Shown here: positions 9,644-19,596 of the stretch, one piece after another
How positions within the stretch are numbered: the first letter of the stretch is position 1
Layout: each line of letters opens with the position of its first letter
Assembly (NCBI GenBank): GCA_963663165.1
Contig: OY760175.1
Location: 768,001-832,000, forward strand
Origin: an uncultured Desulfospira sp.
GTDB taxonomy: Bacteria; Desulfobacterota; Desulfobacteria; Desulfobacterales; Desulfobacteraceae
Length of the DNA: 64,000 nucleotides
Direction: 5' to 3'
The notes under the pieces: model-generated
The model's database searches: none
Told to the model about the DNA's origin: nothing
Seen by the model: the letters and a program-made list of their open reading frames with translations, nothing else
Position numbers and translations under genes: made by a program

Positions 9644-10847
9644 TGGCGCTTGCCATGGTAAAGATGGGAAGGTACATGGCAATGACCAGGCCGCCGACCA
9701 CCACCCCAAGGAATACCAGCATGAACGGTTCAATCATATCGGTCAGGTTTTTTACAGCCTGATCCACTTCAGTATCATAAAAGTCGGCGATCTTTTCCAT
9801 CATGATATCCAGGGCACCGGTGGATTCCCCCACGGCAATCATGGAGCAGACCATGGCCGGAAACACCCCGCTTTCCAACAGCGGGTCTGCCATGGACCGG
9901 CCTTCGGTGATCCCGGTCTTAACATCCTGGATGGCAAACTCTACGATTTTATTGCCCGATGTTTTGGCCACAATGTCCAGGGCCTCAAGAATGGACACCC
10001 CGCTCGAGATCATGGTGGACGTGGTCCGGGTAAATTTGGCCACCGCCACTTTCCTTATCAGCATGCCCATGACCGGCAACCGCAGGAAGATGTCGTCCAT
10101 GATCACCCGGCCCTTGGGGGTTTTGTAGCTGTATCGAAGAAAAAAAATAACCCCGGCAATGCCACCGATAATCACCCAGATTTTTGAAATCACCAGATTG
10201 CTTAAAGTGACCACGAACATGGTGGGCGCCGGCAAGGTAGACCCCATTTCTGAAAACATGTCTTGAAACACGGGAATTACAAACACCAGGATAATGCCCA
10301 CCACAATGACGGCTACGGCAAGGGTGATGCCCGGATAGGTCATGGCCCCCTTGACCTGTTTTTTGAGCTTGGCCATTTTTTCCATGTAGGCGGACAACCG
10401 GTTGAGAATAACATCCAGGATACCCCCGGCTTCACCGGCCGCAATCATGTTGATGAACAATTCATTGAACACTTTGGGGAATTTTTTTAATGAATCGGCA
10501 AATGTTTCTCCGGATTCCACGGATTCCTTTATTTTTTTCAAAACTTTCTTGAATGTCGGATTTTCCTGCTGGGAGTAAAGAATATCCAGGCACTGCAGCA
10601 GAGGAAGTCCGGCATCAATCATGGTGGAAAACTGCCGGGCAAACACAATAACATCTTTTTCTTTTACTTTGGGGGCAAGAAAAGGAATATCTTCAAATAT
10701 ATCTTTTGGCTTTTTCTTGATTCTGGCGGGGGTTATTTTGCGCCTCTGTAGGCTTGAAGCGACCTGTTCCGCGTTCTCAGCTTCCATCTCCCCCTTGACT
10801 TTTCTGCCTTTTGGATTCTTTCCTTTCCACTGATAGATAACCGGCAT
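9636..10847 (-). CDS. pilC: Type IV pilus platform protein (T2SS F family)
   Basis: FARQFSTMIDAGLPL, AGEAGG, GESTGALD, MYLPIF motifs. Confidence 0.92.
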   Translation of the reverse strand: MPVIYQWKGKNPKGRKVKGEMEAENAEQVASSLQRRKITPARIKKKPKDIFEDIPFLAPKVKEKDVIVFARQFSTMIDAGLPLLQCLDILYSQQENPTFKKVLKKIKESVESGETFADSLKKFPKVFNELFINMIAAGEAGGILDVILNRLSAYMEKMAKLKKQVKGAMTYPGITLAVAVIVVGIILVFVIPVFQDMFSEMGSTLPAPTMFVVTLSNLVISKIWVIIGGIAGVIFFLRYSYKTPKGRVIMDDIFLRLPVMGMLIRKVAVAKFTRTTSTMISSGVSILEALDIVAKTSGNKIVEFAIQDVKTGITEGRSMADPLLESGVFPAMVCSMIAVGESTGALDIMMEKIADFYDTEVDQAVKNLTDMIEPFMLVFLGVVVGGLVIAMYLPIFTMASAIG

Positions 10848-10923
10848 GGTTTTTCCTTATTATTGAGATTTCCAAGGGTATAGTATATAAATTTCATGAT
10901 CTGAATTCAACAGGAGTTAATTT

Positions 10924-13593
10924 TTGCCGGAAAAAAAAAGTAAAATACAGGCCCCCACGGTAATTACAAGCCATGTCAACGCAGACTATGATGCCCTGGG
11001 GGCCATGCTGGCCGCCCAAAAACTGTACCCGGACAGTATCATTATCTTCCCCGGTTCCCATGAAAAAGATTTGAGAAATTTTTTTATCAATTCAATGAGC
11101 TATCTGTTCAACATGGCAGACCCGGCCCGTATTGATTTTTCAAAAACCACCACCCTGGTGCTGGTGGACACCCGGCAGCGCCACCGGCTTTCCGGGGTGG
11201 ATGACCTGCTTGAAAAAAAGGATCTGGCCATCCACGTCTTTGACCACCACCCGGATCAGAAAGGCGATGTGGCAGCCCAGAAGGCCGTTATTAAAAGCTA
11301 TGGGGCCACCACCACCATCTTGAGCATGATCTTACAGGAAAAAGGGATCGTGCCCACCCCTGAAGAGGCCACGGTCATGGCCCTGGGGATCTACGAGGAT
11401 ACCGGCCTGTTTACCCATGAATCCACCACCCGGGAGGATTTTGACCAGGCAGGCTATCTGCTGTCCTGCGGGGCCAGCCTTGGCACCATTGTCAGCCTGG
11501 TGGTCAGAGAGATTAAAACCGAACACGTCACCTGGCTCTATGAACTGCTCAACGAGATGACGGTCCATAAAATTAACGGAATTGATGTCCATATTTCCAC
11601 CATATCGGCTTCGGTTTACATCACTGACCTGGCCTCCATTGTCCAAAAAATCATGAGAATGGAAAACCTGGACCTGTTTTTTGCCATTGTCTTGATGGGC
11701 AACAAAATCAATATCATTGCCAGAAACCGGCTGTCCCAGGTGGATGCAGGGAAAATCCTTTCCTATTTCGGCGGGGGCGGCCATGCTTTTGCGGCTTCGG
11801 CAAAAGTTGAGGAAACCACCCTGTCTCAGGTTGAAATCATGCTCCTTGACCAGATCAAGCAGCATGTCAAGCCGGTGCAGCCGGCAAGGGCCTTGATGTC
11901 ATCTCCGGCCATCACGGTAGCCCCTGACACCTCATGTTCAAAAGCCGCCCTGCTCATGACCCGGTATAATATTAACACCCTTTTGGTGGTGGACCCTGAA
12001 ACTAGTGCCTATGAAGGATATATCACCCGGCAGGTGGCTGAAAAAACCCTGGTTCACAAACTTGAAGAACAACCGGTCAGGGATTACATGACCTCTGACA
12101 TTGACCATGTGACACCGGATGCCGGGATATCTGAAATCGAACAAAAAATCATAGATCGGAAACAACGGATTTTACCGGTAGTTGAAGACGGACAGATCAA
12201 CGGGGTGATCACACGGACTGACCTTCTGTCCTACCTGGTGCAAAATAACAATGCCAAAAAAGACCTGGATCTTCCCGTATCCATGCGCCACAGCGCCAGA
12301 AAACGGCAGGTGGACAACCTGTTTACCCAGCGGTTGCCCCTTCGGGTTTTAGAGCTTCTAAAAGACATCGGCATTGCCGGAAGACAGCTGAATACAGCGG
12401 CCTTTGTGGTGGGCGGATTTGTCCGGGACCTGCTGCTGAACCGGCCCAATGACGATATTGACATTGTGGTGGAAGGCGATGGGATCCAATTTGCCAAAGC
12501 CGTTGCAGGGCATATGGGCTGCCGGGTCAATGCCCATAAAAAATTCGGCACAGCGGTCCTTATTTTTCCGGATAATTTCAAGATTGACGTGGCCTCTGCC
12601 CGGCTCGAATATTACACCATGCCGGCGGCCCTTCCCATTGTTGAAAAAAGCTCCATCAAATTGGACCTGGCCCGGCGGGATTTTACCATCAACACCTTAG
12701 CGGTCAGCCTTGCGCCGGAATCCTTTGGGACAATGATTGATTATTTCGGGGCCACCCGGGATATCAAAGATAAAACCATCCGGATCATCCATAACTTAAG
12801 CTTTGTGGAGGATCCCACAAGGATCTTCCGGGCCATTAAATTCTCCAACCGGTTCGGGTTTAAAATCGGAAAGGTCACCTCCAACCTCATTAAAAACGCC
12901 ATCAAAATCGACTGTTTCAAAAACTTGGGCAACCTGAGGGTGCTATCGGAACTCAAGCAGATTTTAAGCGAAGAAAATCCCATCCCGGCCATTCGAATGA
13001 TGGCATCTTACGGCCTTGAAAAGGTGATCCATCCGGATTTGACTATTATACCTGAAACTTATCAGCTTCTCGAATCCGTGAACAAAACCCTGACCTGGCA
13101 TGACCTCATGTACGGGCATGAAGATTACCCGAGATGGGCGGTTTATTTTATGGCCCTGCTCCACCGGTGCTCCTTTAAAATTTCAACGGAAATCTGTGAC
13201 CGTTTTTTTGTATCACCCGGTGAGAGGGCACTGATGCTTGACACCCGGTACAAGGCGGAACAACGGCTTACCAGAATCGAACATAGTCCGCCGGTGACCC
13301 CCGAGGCGCTTTATTGGGGCCTGATTTATTTTAAACCCGAATCCATTCTTTATATGGTGGCCTTAAGTAAAAACGAAGCGGTCAAAAAAGAGATCCTTTT
13401 ATTTTATACCCAATACCGCCATATCAAGCCCTTGATTCAGGGCCGGGACCTTAAGGCCCTTGGCATCAAGCCGGGACCGGTCTACACCCGGATATTAAAC
13501 CAGGTGCTGAACGCCAAGCTTTCAGGAGACCTTGCCACCAAAGAAGAAGAACTGGCCTTTGCCAAAGAGGCTGCCCATAAATATATTGATTAA
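10924..13593 (+). CDS. DHH-CBS-fused tRNA nucleotidyltransferase (A-adding type likely)
   Basis: H..AD.D, DHH, GGGGH, two CBS domains, then VGGFVRD, DIDIV, DLARRDFTIN, EDPTR. Confidence 0.88.
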   Translation: MPEKKSKIQAPTVITSHVNADYDALGAMLAAQKLYPDSIIIFPGSHEKDLRNFFINSMSYLFNMADPARIDFSKTTTLVLVDTRQRHRLSGVDDLLEKKDLAIHVFDHHPDQKGDVAAQKAVIKSYGATTTILSMILQEKGIVPTPEEATVMALGIYEDTGLFTHESTTREDFDQAGYLLSCGASLGTIVSLVVREIKTEHVTWLYELLNEMTVHKINGIDVHISTISASVYITDLASIVQKIMRMENLDLFFAIVLMGNKINIIARNRLSQVDAGKILSYFGGGGHAFAASAKVEETTLSQVEIMLLDQIKQHVKPVQPARALMSSPAITVAPDTSCSKAALLMTRYNINTLLVVDPETSAYEGYITRQVAEKTLVHKLEEQPVRDYMTSDIDHVTPDAGISEIEQKIIDRKQRILPVVEDGQINGVITRTDLLSYLVQNNNAKKDLDLPVSMRHSARKRQVDNLFTQRLPLRVLELLKDIGIAGRQLNTAAFVVGGFVRDLLLNRPNDDIDIVVEGDGIQFAKAVAGHMGCRVNAHKKFGTAVLIFPDNFKIDVASARLEYYTMPAALPIVEKSSIKLDLARRDFTINTLAVSLAPESFGTMIDYFGATRDIKDKTIRIIHNLSFVEDPTRIFRAIKFSNRFGFKIGKVTSNLIKNAIKIDCFKNLGNLRVLSELKQILSEENPIPAIRMMASYGLEKVIHPDLTIIPETYQLLESVNKTLTWHDLMYGHEDYPRWAVYFMALLHRCSFKISTEICDRFFVSPGERALMLDTRYKAEQRLTRIEHSPPVTPEALYWGLIYFKPESILYMVALSKNEAVKKEILLFYTQYRHIKPLIQGRDLKALGIKPGPVYTRILNQVLNAKLSGDLATKEEELAFAKEAAHKYID

Positions 13594-13624
13594 ACGGCTT
13601 TTTTTTGATACTTGCGCAATTATT

Positions 13625-13715
13625 TTAGACTTCAGACCTTAGACTTTAGACCTTAGACTTTAGATGGTGGCGGGCTTATAATTTTAAAGTCTAATGTCTC
13701 AAGTCTAATGTCTAA
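13625..13715. repeat. Inverted pair of TTAGACY heptamer arrays
   Basis: About 6 x ttagac(t/c) at 13625-13664 and 4 x (a/t)gtct(a/c)a at 13688-13715. Confidence 0.85.
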
Positions 13716-13738
13716 CACAACCATTTAGGACCTTATAT

Positions 13739-14752
13739 ATGAAAAACGCAGACTTTTTAACCGGTATAACCCCCAGTGGCACTCCCCATTTAGGAAACTA
13801 TGTGGGCGCCATCCGGCCGGCCGTTGAATCCAGTAAAAATCCGGACCTGACATCCTATTATTTCCTGGCCGATTACCACTCCCTGATCAAAAACCATGAT
13901 CCTGAAAAAAGACGCCAGTCTTCCCTTGAAATTGCGGCGGCCTGGATAGCCTTGGGGCTGGATCACCAAAACTGCGTGTTTTACCGCCAGTCTGATATTC
14001 CTGAAATTCCCGAATTGACCTGGATTTTAACCTGCATGACCGCCAAGGGGCTGATGAACCGCGCCCATGCCTACAAAGCCCTGGTCCAGGAAAACGAAGA
14101 AAACAACCACAAAGACCCGGACAAGGGCGTGACCATGGGGCTGTTTTCCTATCCCATTCTCATGGCCGCCGACATCCTCATGTTCAATGCCCGGAAAGTG
14201 CCTGTGGGCAAAGACCAGATCCAGCATCTTGAAATGACACGGGACATTGCCGCCCGGTTCAACCATGTTTACAAAGAGCTGTTTATTCTGCCTGAGGTGG
14301 TGGTGGATGAGTCTTCTGCCGTGCTTTCAGGCCTGGACGGCAGAAAGATGAGCAAAAGCTACAATAACACCATCCCCCTGTTTGATACCCAGAAGCGGCT
14401 TCGGAAAATGATCATGAAGATCCAGACCAACTCTTTAGGGCCGGATGAACCCAAAGACCCAAAGACCTGCACCCTGTTTTCCATTTACCAGGCCTTTGCC
14501 ACAAAAGAACAGACCAAAGCCATGGAAGCCCGGTACCATGAGGGGATTGCCTGGGGCGTCATGAAACAGGAACTGTTTGAACTCATTGACGAAGTGGTCA
14601 AAGAACCCCGGAAGGTTTATGAAGAACTCATGAACAACCCCGGGGATATCGACCAGATTTTAAATGACGGCGCAGCCAAGGCCAGGGAATTTTCCGTTCC
14701 CTTTCTGGCACAGATCCGGAAGGCAACGGGAATTGGACCTTTGAAAGGATGA
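13739..14752 (+). CDS. trpS: Tryptophan--tRNA ligase
   Basis: TGITPSG, HLGNY, VPVGKDQ, KMSKS. Confidence 0.95.
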   Translation: MKNADFLTGITPSGTPHLGNYVGAIRPAVESSKNPDLTSYYFLADYHSLIKNHDPEKRRQSSLEIAAAWIALGLDHQNCVFYRQSDIPEIPELTWILTCMTAKGLMNRAHAYKALVQENEENNHKDPDKGVTMGLFSYPILMAADILMFNARKVPVGKDQIQHLEMTRDIAARFNHVYKELFILPEVVVDESSAVLSGLDGRKMSKSYNNTIPLFDTQKRLRKMIMKIQTNSLGPDEPKDPKTCTLFSIYQAFATKEQTKAMEARYHEGIAWGVMKQELFELIDEVVKEPRKVYEELMNNPGDIDQILNDGAAKAREFSVPFLAQIRKATGIGPLKG

Positions 14753-14788
14753 GGGATAAAGGATGAAAGGTGCGAATCCTGCAAGCCC

Positions 14789-15538
14789 TCATCCTTTTTT
14801 GTTTTTTTTGCGGCTGACCGGTTCATGGCTTGTCAGCCGTTTGATTTCTTTGGGCGTCAGGTGGCGCCATTCTCCAGGCTTTAGGGTGCCAAGGGTGACG
14901 CTGGCCATGCGGACCCTCAGCAACCGAGTCACGTGATTGCCGGTTTTTCCCACCATCTTTCTGATCTGCCGGTTCAACCCCTGTTTGAGGACCATCTTAA
15001 ATTCGTCTTTTCCCAGGCGGGAAACCTTTGCTTTCCGGGTTTTTACCCCGTCGATCATCATGCCCCGGGCCATGGCGTCAAGGGCGGCATCGGGTATGGA
15101 ATTCAAGGTTTTGACCCGGTACTCCTTTTCATGGTCGTGGGAGGGGTGGGACAGAAGGTTATGAAGCTGCCCGTCATCGGTGAGCAGGACCAGGCCTTCG
15201 GAATCTTTGTCCAGCCGCCCTACGGGGTACACCCGTTTGTCTGTTTTCACCAGGTCCAGAATAATTTTCCCGTGTGTCCTTGAACAGGAGGTGATCACTC
15301 CCGGTGGTTTGTTAACCAGGATATAGGTGTGGGCTTCTTCTGTCGGCAGGGTCACGGGTCTGCCGTCAAACCATACCTGGTCGGTCCTGGGATTAACCTT
15401 TGTGCCAAGCTCGGTGACGGTCTTTGCGTTAACCTTGACCCGGCCTTCAAGGATATGGGTTTCCGCCTTCCGGCGTGAGCAGATCCCCGAGTGGGCCAGA
15501 AACTTTTGAAGCCGGATATCAGGACCGGTAGTCGGCAT
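14789..15538 (-). CDS. rRNA pseudouridine synthase (RluB/RsuA family)
   Basis: S4 domain RLQKFLA..G..SRR, GRLDKDSEG, GLNRQIRKM; start MPTTG at 15538. Confidence 0.9.
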   Translation of the reverse strand: MPTTGPDIRLQKFLAHSGICSRRKAETHILEGRVKVNAKTVTELGTKVNPRTDQVWFDGRPVTLPTEEAHTYILVNKPPGVITSCSRTHGKIILDLVKTDKRVYPVGRLDKDSEGLVLLTDDGQLHNLLSHPSHDHEKEYRVKTLNSIPDAALDAMARGMMIDGVKTRKAKVSRLGKDEFKMVLKQGLNRQIRKMVGKTGNHVTRLLRVRMASVTLGTLKPGEWRHLTPKEIKRLTSHEPVSRKKNKKG

Positions 15539-16688
15539 TGATGGAGACATACTCCTTTGAAAAATCACAGAACCAGAAGGCGTCGGATTCTGGGCCAAGG
15601 TTTAAATCCAGAACCAGGTTGATCTCGTCCCCCTTCATGATGACGGCGGCTTCTTTTTCAGCGTCAAGCCCCTGCCACTTCCCCTTGATCACCAGGGCGG
15701 TATCCCCAAAATAAAGGTCCATGAGATCCTGGTCTACCTTGGCGCCGGACCGGCCGGCAGCAGCCGTGATTCTGCCCCAGTTGGGATCTTCACCGTTAAT
15801 GGCGGTTTTGACCAGGTTGGAGTGGGCAATGGCCTCGGCCGCCTTAAAGGCGTCTTCTTTGGTCAGGGCCCCCTTGACCAGGATCTGAACCAGTTTGGTG
15901 GCCCCCTCCCCGTCCCGGACCATCCACTTGGCCAGCTCCTGGCAAACCTGGTCCAGGAGCTGCTGAAATACGGCTTGATTATCCGCAGTTATAACCGCCC
16001 CGCTTTTCCCTGAGGCCAGGCATAGCAGGGTATCGTTGGTGCTGGTATCCCCGTCCACAGTAATCCGGTTAAAAGATTGCTCATTGGCCCGGACCAGACA
16101 GGATTTTAAGCGGTCTGCCGAAATGCCGGCATCGGTACAGACATAGGCCAGCATGGTGGCCATGTCCGGACGGATCATTCCCGATCCTTTGGCAATACCG
16201 GTCATTGAAACCACGTTACCGTCAATTTCAACCTGCCCGTTCACCACTTTGGGAACCGTATCCGTTGTCATGATGGCCGCTGCAAAATCATCCGGGCTTG
16301 GGGAAAGGTTGTCTTTTAACTTAGGGATGGCCGCTTCAAATATGTCCATGGGCAGCGGGGCACCGATCACCCCGGTGGAAGAGACCATAACCATATCTTC
16401 ACTGGTATTTAAAACCGATGCGGTGAGCCGGGCGCACCGGGCCGCATCCAAAATTCCCTGTTCCCCGGTATAACAATTGGCATTGCCTGAGTTGGCCAGC
16501 ACCGCCTGGATTTTCCCCTTTTGAATCACTTTTTGTCCCAGGAGTACCGGCGCGGCCTTGACCTGATTTTTTGTGAACAATGCGGCGGCTGAGGCCGGTT
16601 CATCACAGACAATCACCCCTAAATCTTTTTTTCCGTTCTTTTTTTTAATCCCGGCGGCAATGCCGGCAAATGAAAATCCTTTGATCAT
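15519..16688 (-). CDS. argJ: Ornithine acetyltransferase / N-acetylglutamate synthase
   Basis: NSGNAN, AKGSGMI.PDMATML, DGDTSTND, DGEGATK, INADYRS. Confidence 0.95.
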   Translation of the reverse strand: MIKGFSFAGIAAGIKKKNGKKDLGVIVCDEPASAAALFTKNQVKAAPVLLGQKVIQKGKIQAVLANSGNANCYTGEQGILDAARCARLTASVLNTSEDMVMVSSTGVIGAPLPMDIFEAAIPKLKDNLSPSPDDFAAAIMTTDTVPKVVNGQVEIDGNVVSMTGIAKGSGMIRPDMATMLAYVCTDAGISADRLKSCLVRANEQSFNRITVDGDTSTNDTLLCLASGKSGAVITADNQAVFQQLLDQVCQELAKWMVRDGEGATKLVQILVKGALTKEDAFKAAEAIAHSNLVKTAINGEDPNWGRITAAAGRSGAKVDQDLMDLYFGDTALVIKGKWQGLDAEKEAAVIMKGDEINLVLDLNLGPESDAFWFCDFSKEYVSINADYRS

Positions 16689-16699
16689 TTAATTTTTTC

Positions 16700-19411
16700 C
16701 TAAAATCCTGGTAGTTTAAATTTCATGGTGACCTCCCCGGTCTCTTTGTCCAGCGTGATCATTTTTTCCTGTGAATCCAAGTTTTCCATTTTCTGTCCCG
16801 TGGCCATTTCCATGAGGCCTGCAATAAAACTTAAGCCTGAATTTAACACCGCCTCAACCTTTTCCGGGGCCTGGGCGGCGAAGATATGTTGAGATTGATC
16901 CAGGTCAGGGTCACTCAGTTCAGGGGTCGCCAGTCCGGGGGCCCGGGCAGAATTATCTGTATCCTCAGGTTCGAGGCGGTCTGATGCCGGCTCATCTTTG
17001 CCGAGAACCTCCGGGTTCAGATAATGGGGGGTATCTTCAGGAATTTCTTCAGGCTCAGCCGTTTCAAAGCTTTCCGGTTCCGGTTCTTCTCCCATCATCT
17101 GCCTGAGCCGGTTGAGCATTTCATTTTTCTTTTCCCTTGAGAAATCCACCTCATCGGGCCCTTCCTCGTCAAATACCCCCTTGAACAGATCGGCTTTCAG
17201 CTGAATACCGGCCAGAATCTTTTCTTCAATGCTGCGCTTGGCAATCAGATTGATCACATTGATACAGGAACTTTCCTGCCCGATCCGGCTGACCCGGCCG
17301 ATGCGCTGGTTCATTTTGGCCGGATTCCAGGGAAGTTCAAAGTTGACCACACAGTCGGCGGCCTGAAGATTGAGCCCGGTCCCCCCGGCATCGGTGGATA
17401 AAAACACCCCGCACTCGGGATTATTGGTAAACTCGTCAATCAACGCCTGCCGTTTTTTGACCGGCACCTTTCCGGAAAGCTCCACAAAGGAAACGCCCAT
17501 ATCAGAAAGGGTATTGGCAATCAGAAAGGTCATGGAGGTCCATTCACTGAAAATGACCATTTTTCGTTTATTCTGGATCACCATTTCATCAATGATGCCC
17601 TCAAGCTCTTTGAGTTTGGGGGAAATCCGGGTATCCCGGTCAATTAAAAAGGTGGCATCGCAGACCATGCGCATGCGCAGCAGCAGGATCTGGATCCGTC
17701 TCATATCAACAGGGGTTAAAAATTTTTTATTGAGCAGGGGAAGCAGCTGCCGGGCATAGCCTGAATGGATGGCGGCCTGCTCATCATGAAGGTCAATGTA
17801 AAAGTTATTGACCACTTCTTTGGGCAGGTCTTTGAGAACATCTTCTTTTTTGCGCCGAATGACTATGGATTTTAGTTTCTGATTAAGGGAATCCAGGTTT
17901 TTATATCCGGCAACACTGCTTTTCTTCTTTTTGGGGATCTGGAAATGGTCTCCGGCAAACTGCCACAACGGGGTGAGCATGTAAGGATCAAGGAACTGGA
18001 CAATGGAGTAGACATCCTCAAGCTTATTTTCCAGGGGCGTGCCGGTCAACACAATGGCATGTTTTTTGGGAATCTGTTTGACCGCATCCGATGTCTTGGT
18101 GGAAAAATTTTTAATGCGCTGGGCCTCGTCCAAGACAATCACATCCGGGTTAAACCGCCTTAACACCAGGGTATCCCTTAACACGGCCTCATAGTTGGTA
18201 ATTTTAAACAAGGAGGAATCATTAAAATAAATATTTTTTCTCTGATCCGGCCCGCCTTCCAGGATCACGGCCTGTTCGTGGGAAAATTTCTCAATTTCCC
18301 GTTTCCACTGCTCTTTTAACGATGCCAGGGTAATGACCAGAATCTTTGAAAACCCGAAAATTTCCTTTTTTAACACCCCCAGCGCAATGGCCTGAAGGGT
18401 TTTGCCAAGCCCCATCTCATCACCGATGAGAACGCCGGGCTTAAAAAGGCCAAAGGAGACCCCCTTTTGCTGGTAGGGATAAAGGGTGGCTTTCAATGGA
18501 ATTTCCGGGATGTCCTGACTGGAAAATTCTTGAATCTGATCCCATTGAAGTTTTGATTCAATCCGGTTGAGCAGGCTTTCCCTGATCCTGACCCGCTTGT
18601 TGCCGTCAAGCAGATCCATCAGGTCAATGATCCTTGTAAAATCATCATGACGGAACATGCCGGCACCGTCAAAATATTTATCTAAGATGGCAGCGGTATC
18701 TTCAGGGATATCCACAGATTTGTCCCCATACATCCGGGGGGCTTCCAAAACCGAATCCCAGAAAATGTCGATAAAGGGGAAGGTTTCCATTTGAAGTCGC
18801 TTGTTATAATCGGCTTCAAGCTTGAGCTGGTTCACCGCAAAATGAATATGCTTGCAGGTCCCAAGCCCGTTGGTCATATAATCCGGGCAGGAGCAGTGGC
18901 CGGTTCCGGTTTCAGGGTCATGGAGGGTGACCTGGTATTTTCGTTTATTTTTATTGATGACCAGGTGATCCCCCTTGAACAAATCTCCGGGCACCAGTTC
19001 AAATGTCTCCACCCGGGCCCTTTTTTCACGGTCTTCTATGGCCAGGGCCTTGATATCTTCACTGGTTAGAAAATCATTTTCCTCTTGGGGATCATCAGAT
19101 GAAAAGGCCGTTTCTGTGGCCCCTTTTTTCATCAGAATCTGCCTGGCATGAAGGGCTGCGGCCACCACATGCTTGCACCCGTCCCCGGGGTACGGGCAGG
19201 TACAGGATGAACGGATTTGTTCGTCGCCAAACTGGATTTTAGTGGTATAATCCCCGTAGGCCCCGTCCACCTGGTAAACAAATTGTTTCTCAGAAAGACT
19301 GCCCTTGGACAAAAAAAACGATCCCCCCTCAAAAAGGGACTCCCCCCGGCTGAAAATCAATGGGGAATCAGCCAACTGCTTTTGTATATACGCTTTTGAC
19401 GGAATCTGCAT
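16700..19411 (-). CDS. SWIM zinc-finger SNF2-family helicase
   Basis: Two SWIM motifs (CTCP..CKH, CSCP..CKH), DEMGLGKT, DEAQ, TGTPLEN, QRIGR. Confidence 0.88.
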   Translation of the reverse strand: MQIPSKAYIQKQLADSPLIFSRGESLFEGGSFFLSKGSLSEKQFVYQVDGAYGDYTTKIQFGDEQIRSSCTCPYPGDGCKHVVAAALHARQILMKKGATETAFSSDDPQEENDFLTSEDIKALAIEDREKRARVETFELVPGDLFKGDHLVINKNKRKYQVTLHDPETGTGHCSCPDYMTNGLGTCKHIHFAVNQLKLEADYNKRLQMETFPFIDIFWDSVLEAPRMYGDKSVDIPEDTAAILDKYFDGAGMFRHDDFTRIIDLMDLLDGNKRVRIRESLLNRIESKLQWDQIQEFSSQDIPEIPLKATLYPYQQKGVSFGLFKPGVLIGDEMGLGKTLQAIALGVLKKEIFGFSKILVITLASLKEQWKREIEKFSHEQAVILEGGPDQRKNIYFNDSSLFKITNYEAVLRDTLVLRRFNPDVIVLDEAQRIKNFSTKTSDAVKQIPKKHAIVLTGTPLENKLEDVYSIVQFLDPYMLTPLWQFAGDHFQIPKKKKSSVAGYKNLDSLNQKLKSIVIRRKKEDVLKDLPKEVVNNFYIDLHDEQAAIHSGYARQLLPLLNKKFLTPVDMRRIQILLLRMRMVCDATFLIDRDTRISPKLKELEGIIDEMVIQNKRKMVIFSEWTSMTFLIANTLSDMGVSFVELSGKVPVKKRQALIDEFTNNPECGVFLSTDAGGTGLNLQAADCVVNFELPWNPAKMNQRIGRVSRIGQESSCINVINLIAKRSIEEKILAGIQLKADLFKGVFDEEGPDEVDFSREKKNEMLNRLRQMMGEEPEPESFETAEPEEIPEDTPHYLNPEVLGKDEPASDRLEPEDTDNSARAPGLATPELSDPDLDQSQHIFAAQAPEKVEAVLNSGLSFIAGLMEMATGQKMENLDSQEKMITLDKETGEVTMKFKLPGF

Positions 19412-19596
19412 GAATTATAAATCCTTTTATAAAAGCTGTACCACCGTTGTGGTTTTTTTGATAATCTGGTGTCTTTTTAATACACCTTTTAATAATTGAC
19501 AATGTTAATGCCGATATAAAAAATTATGATGGACTTTGGCCATCTTGACTGATACCCTTTTTAAACAGAACTATTCTTTTAACATCAAGAGATAAT

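Noticed and set aside
13594..13738. T-box or attenuator upstream of trpS
   Set aside because: Too short, no T-box motif or Trp leader peptide seen; the space is filled by heptamers.
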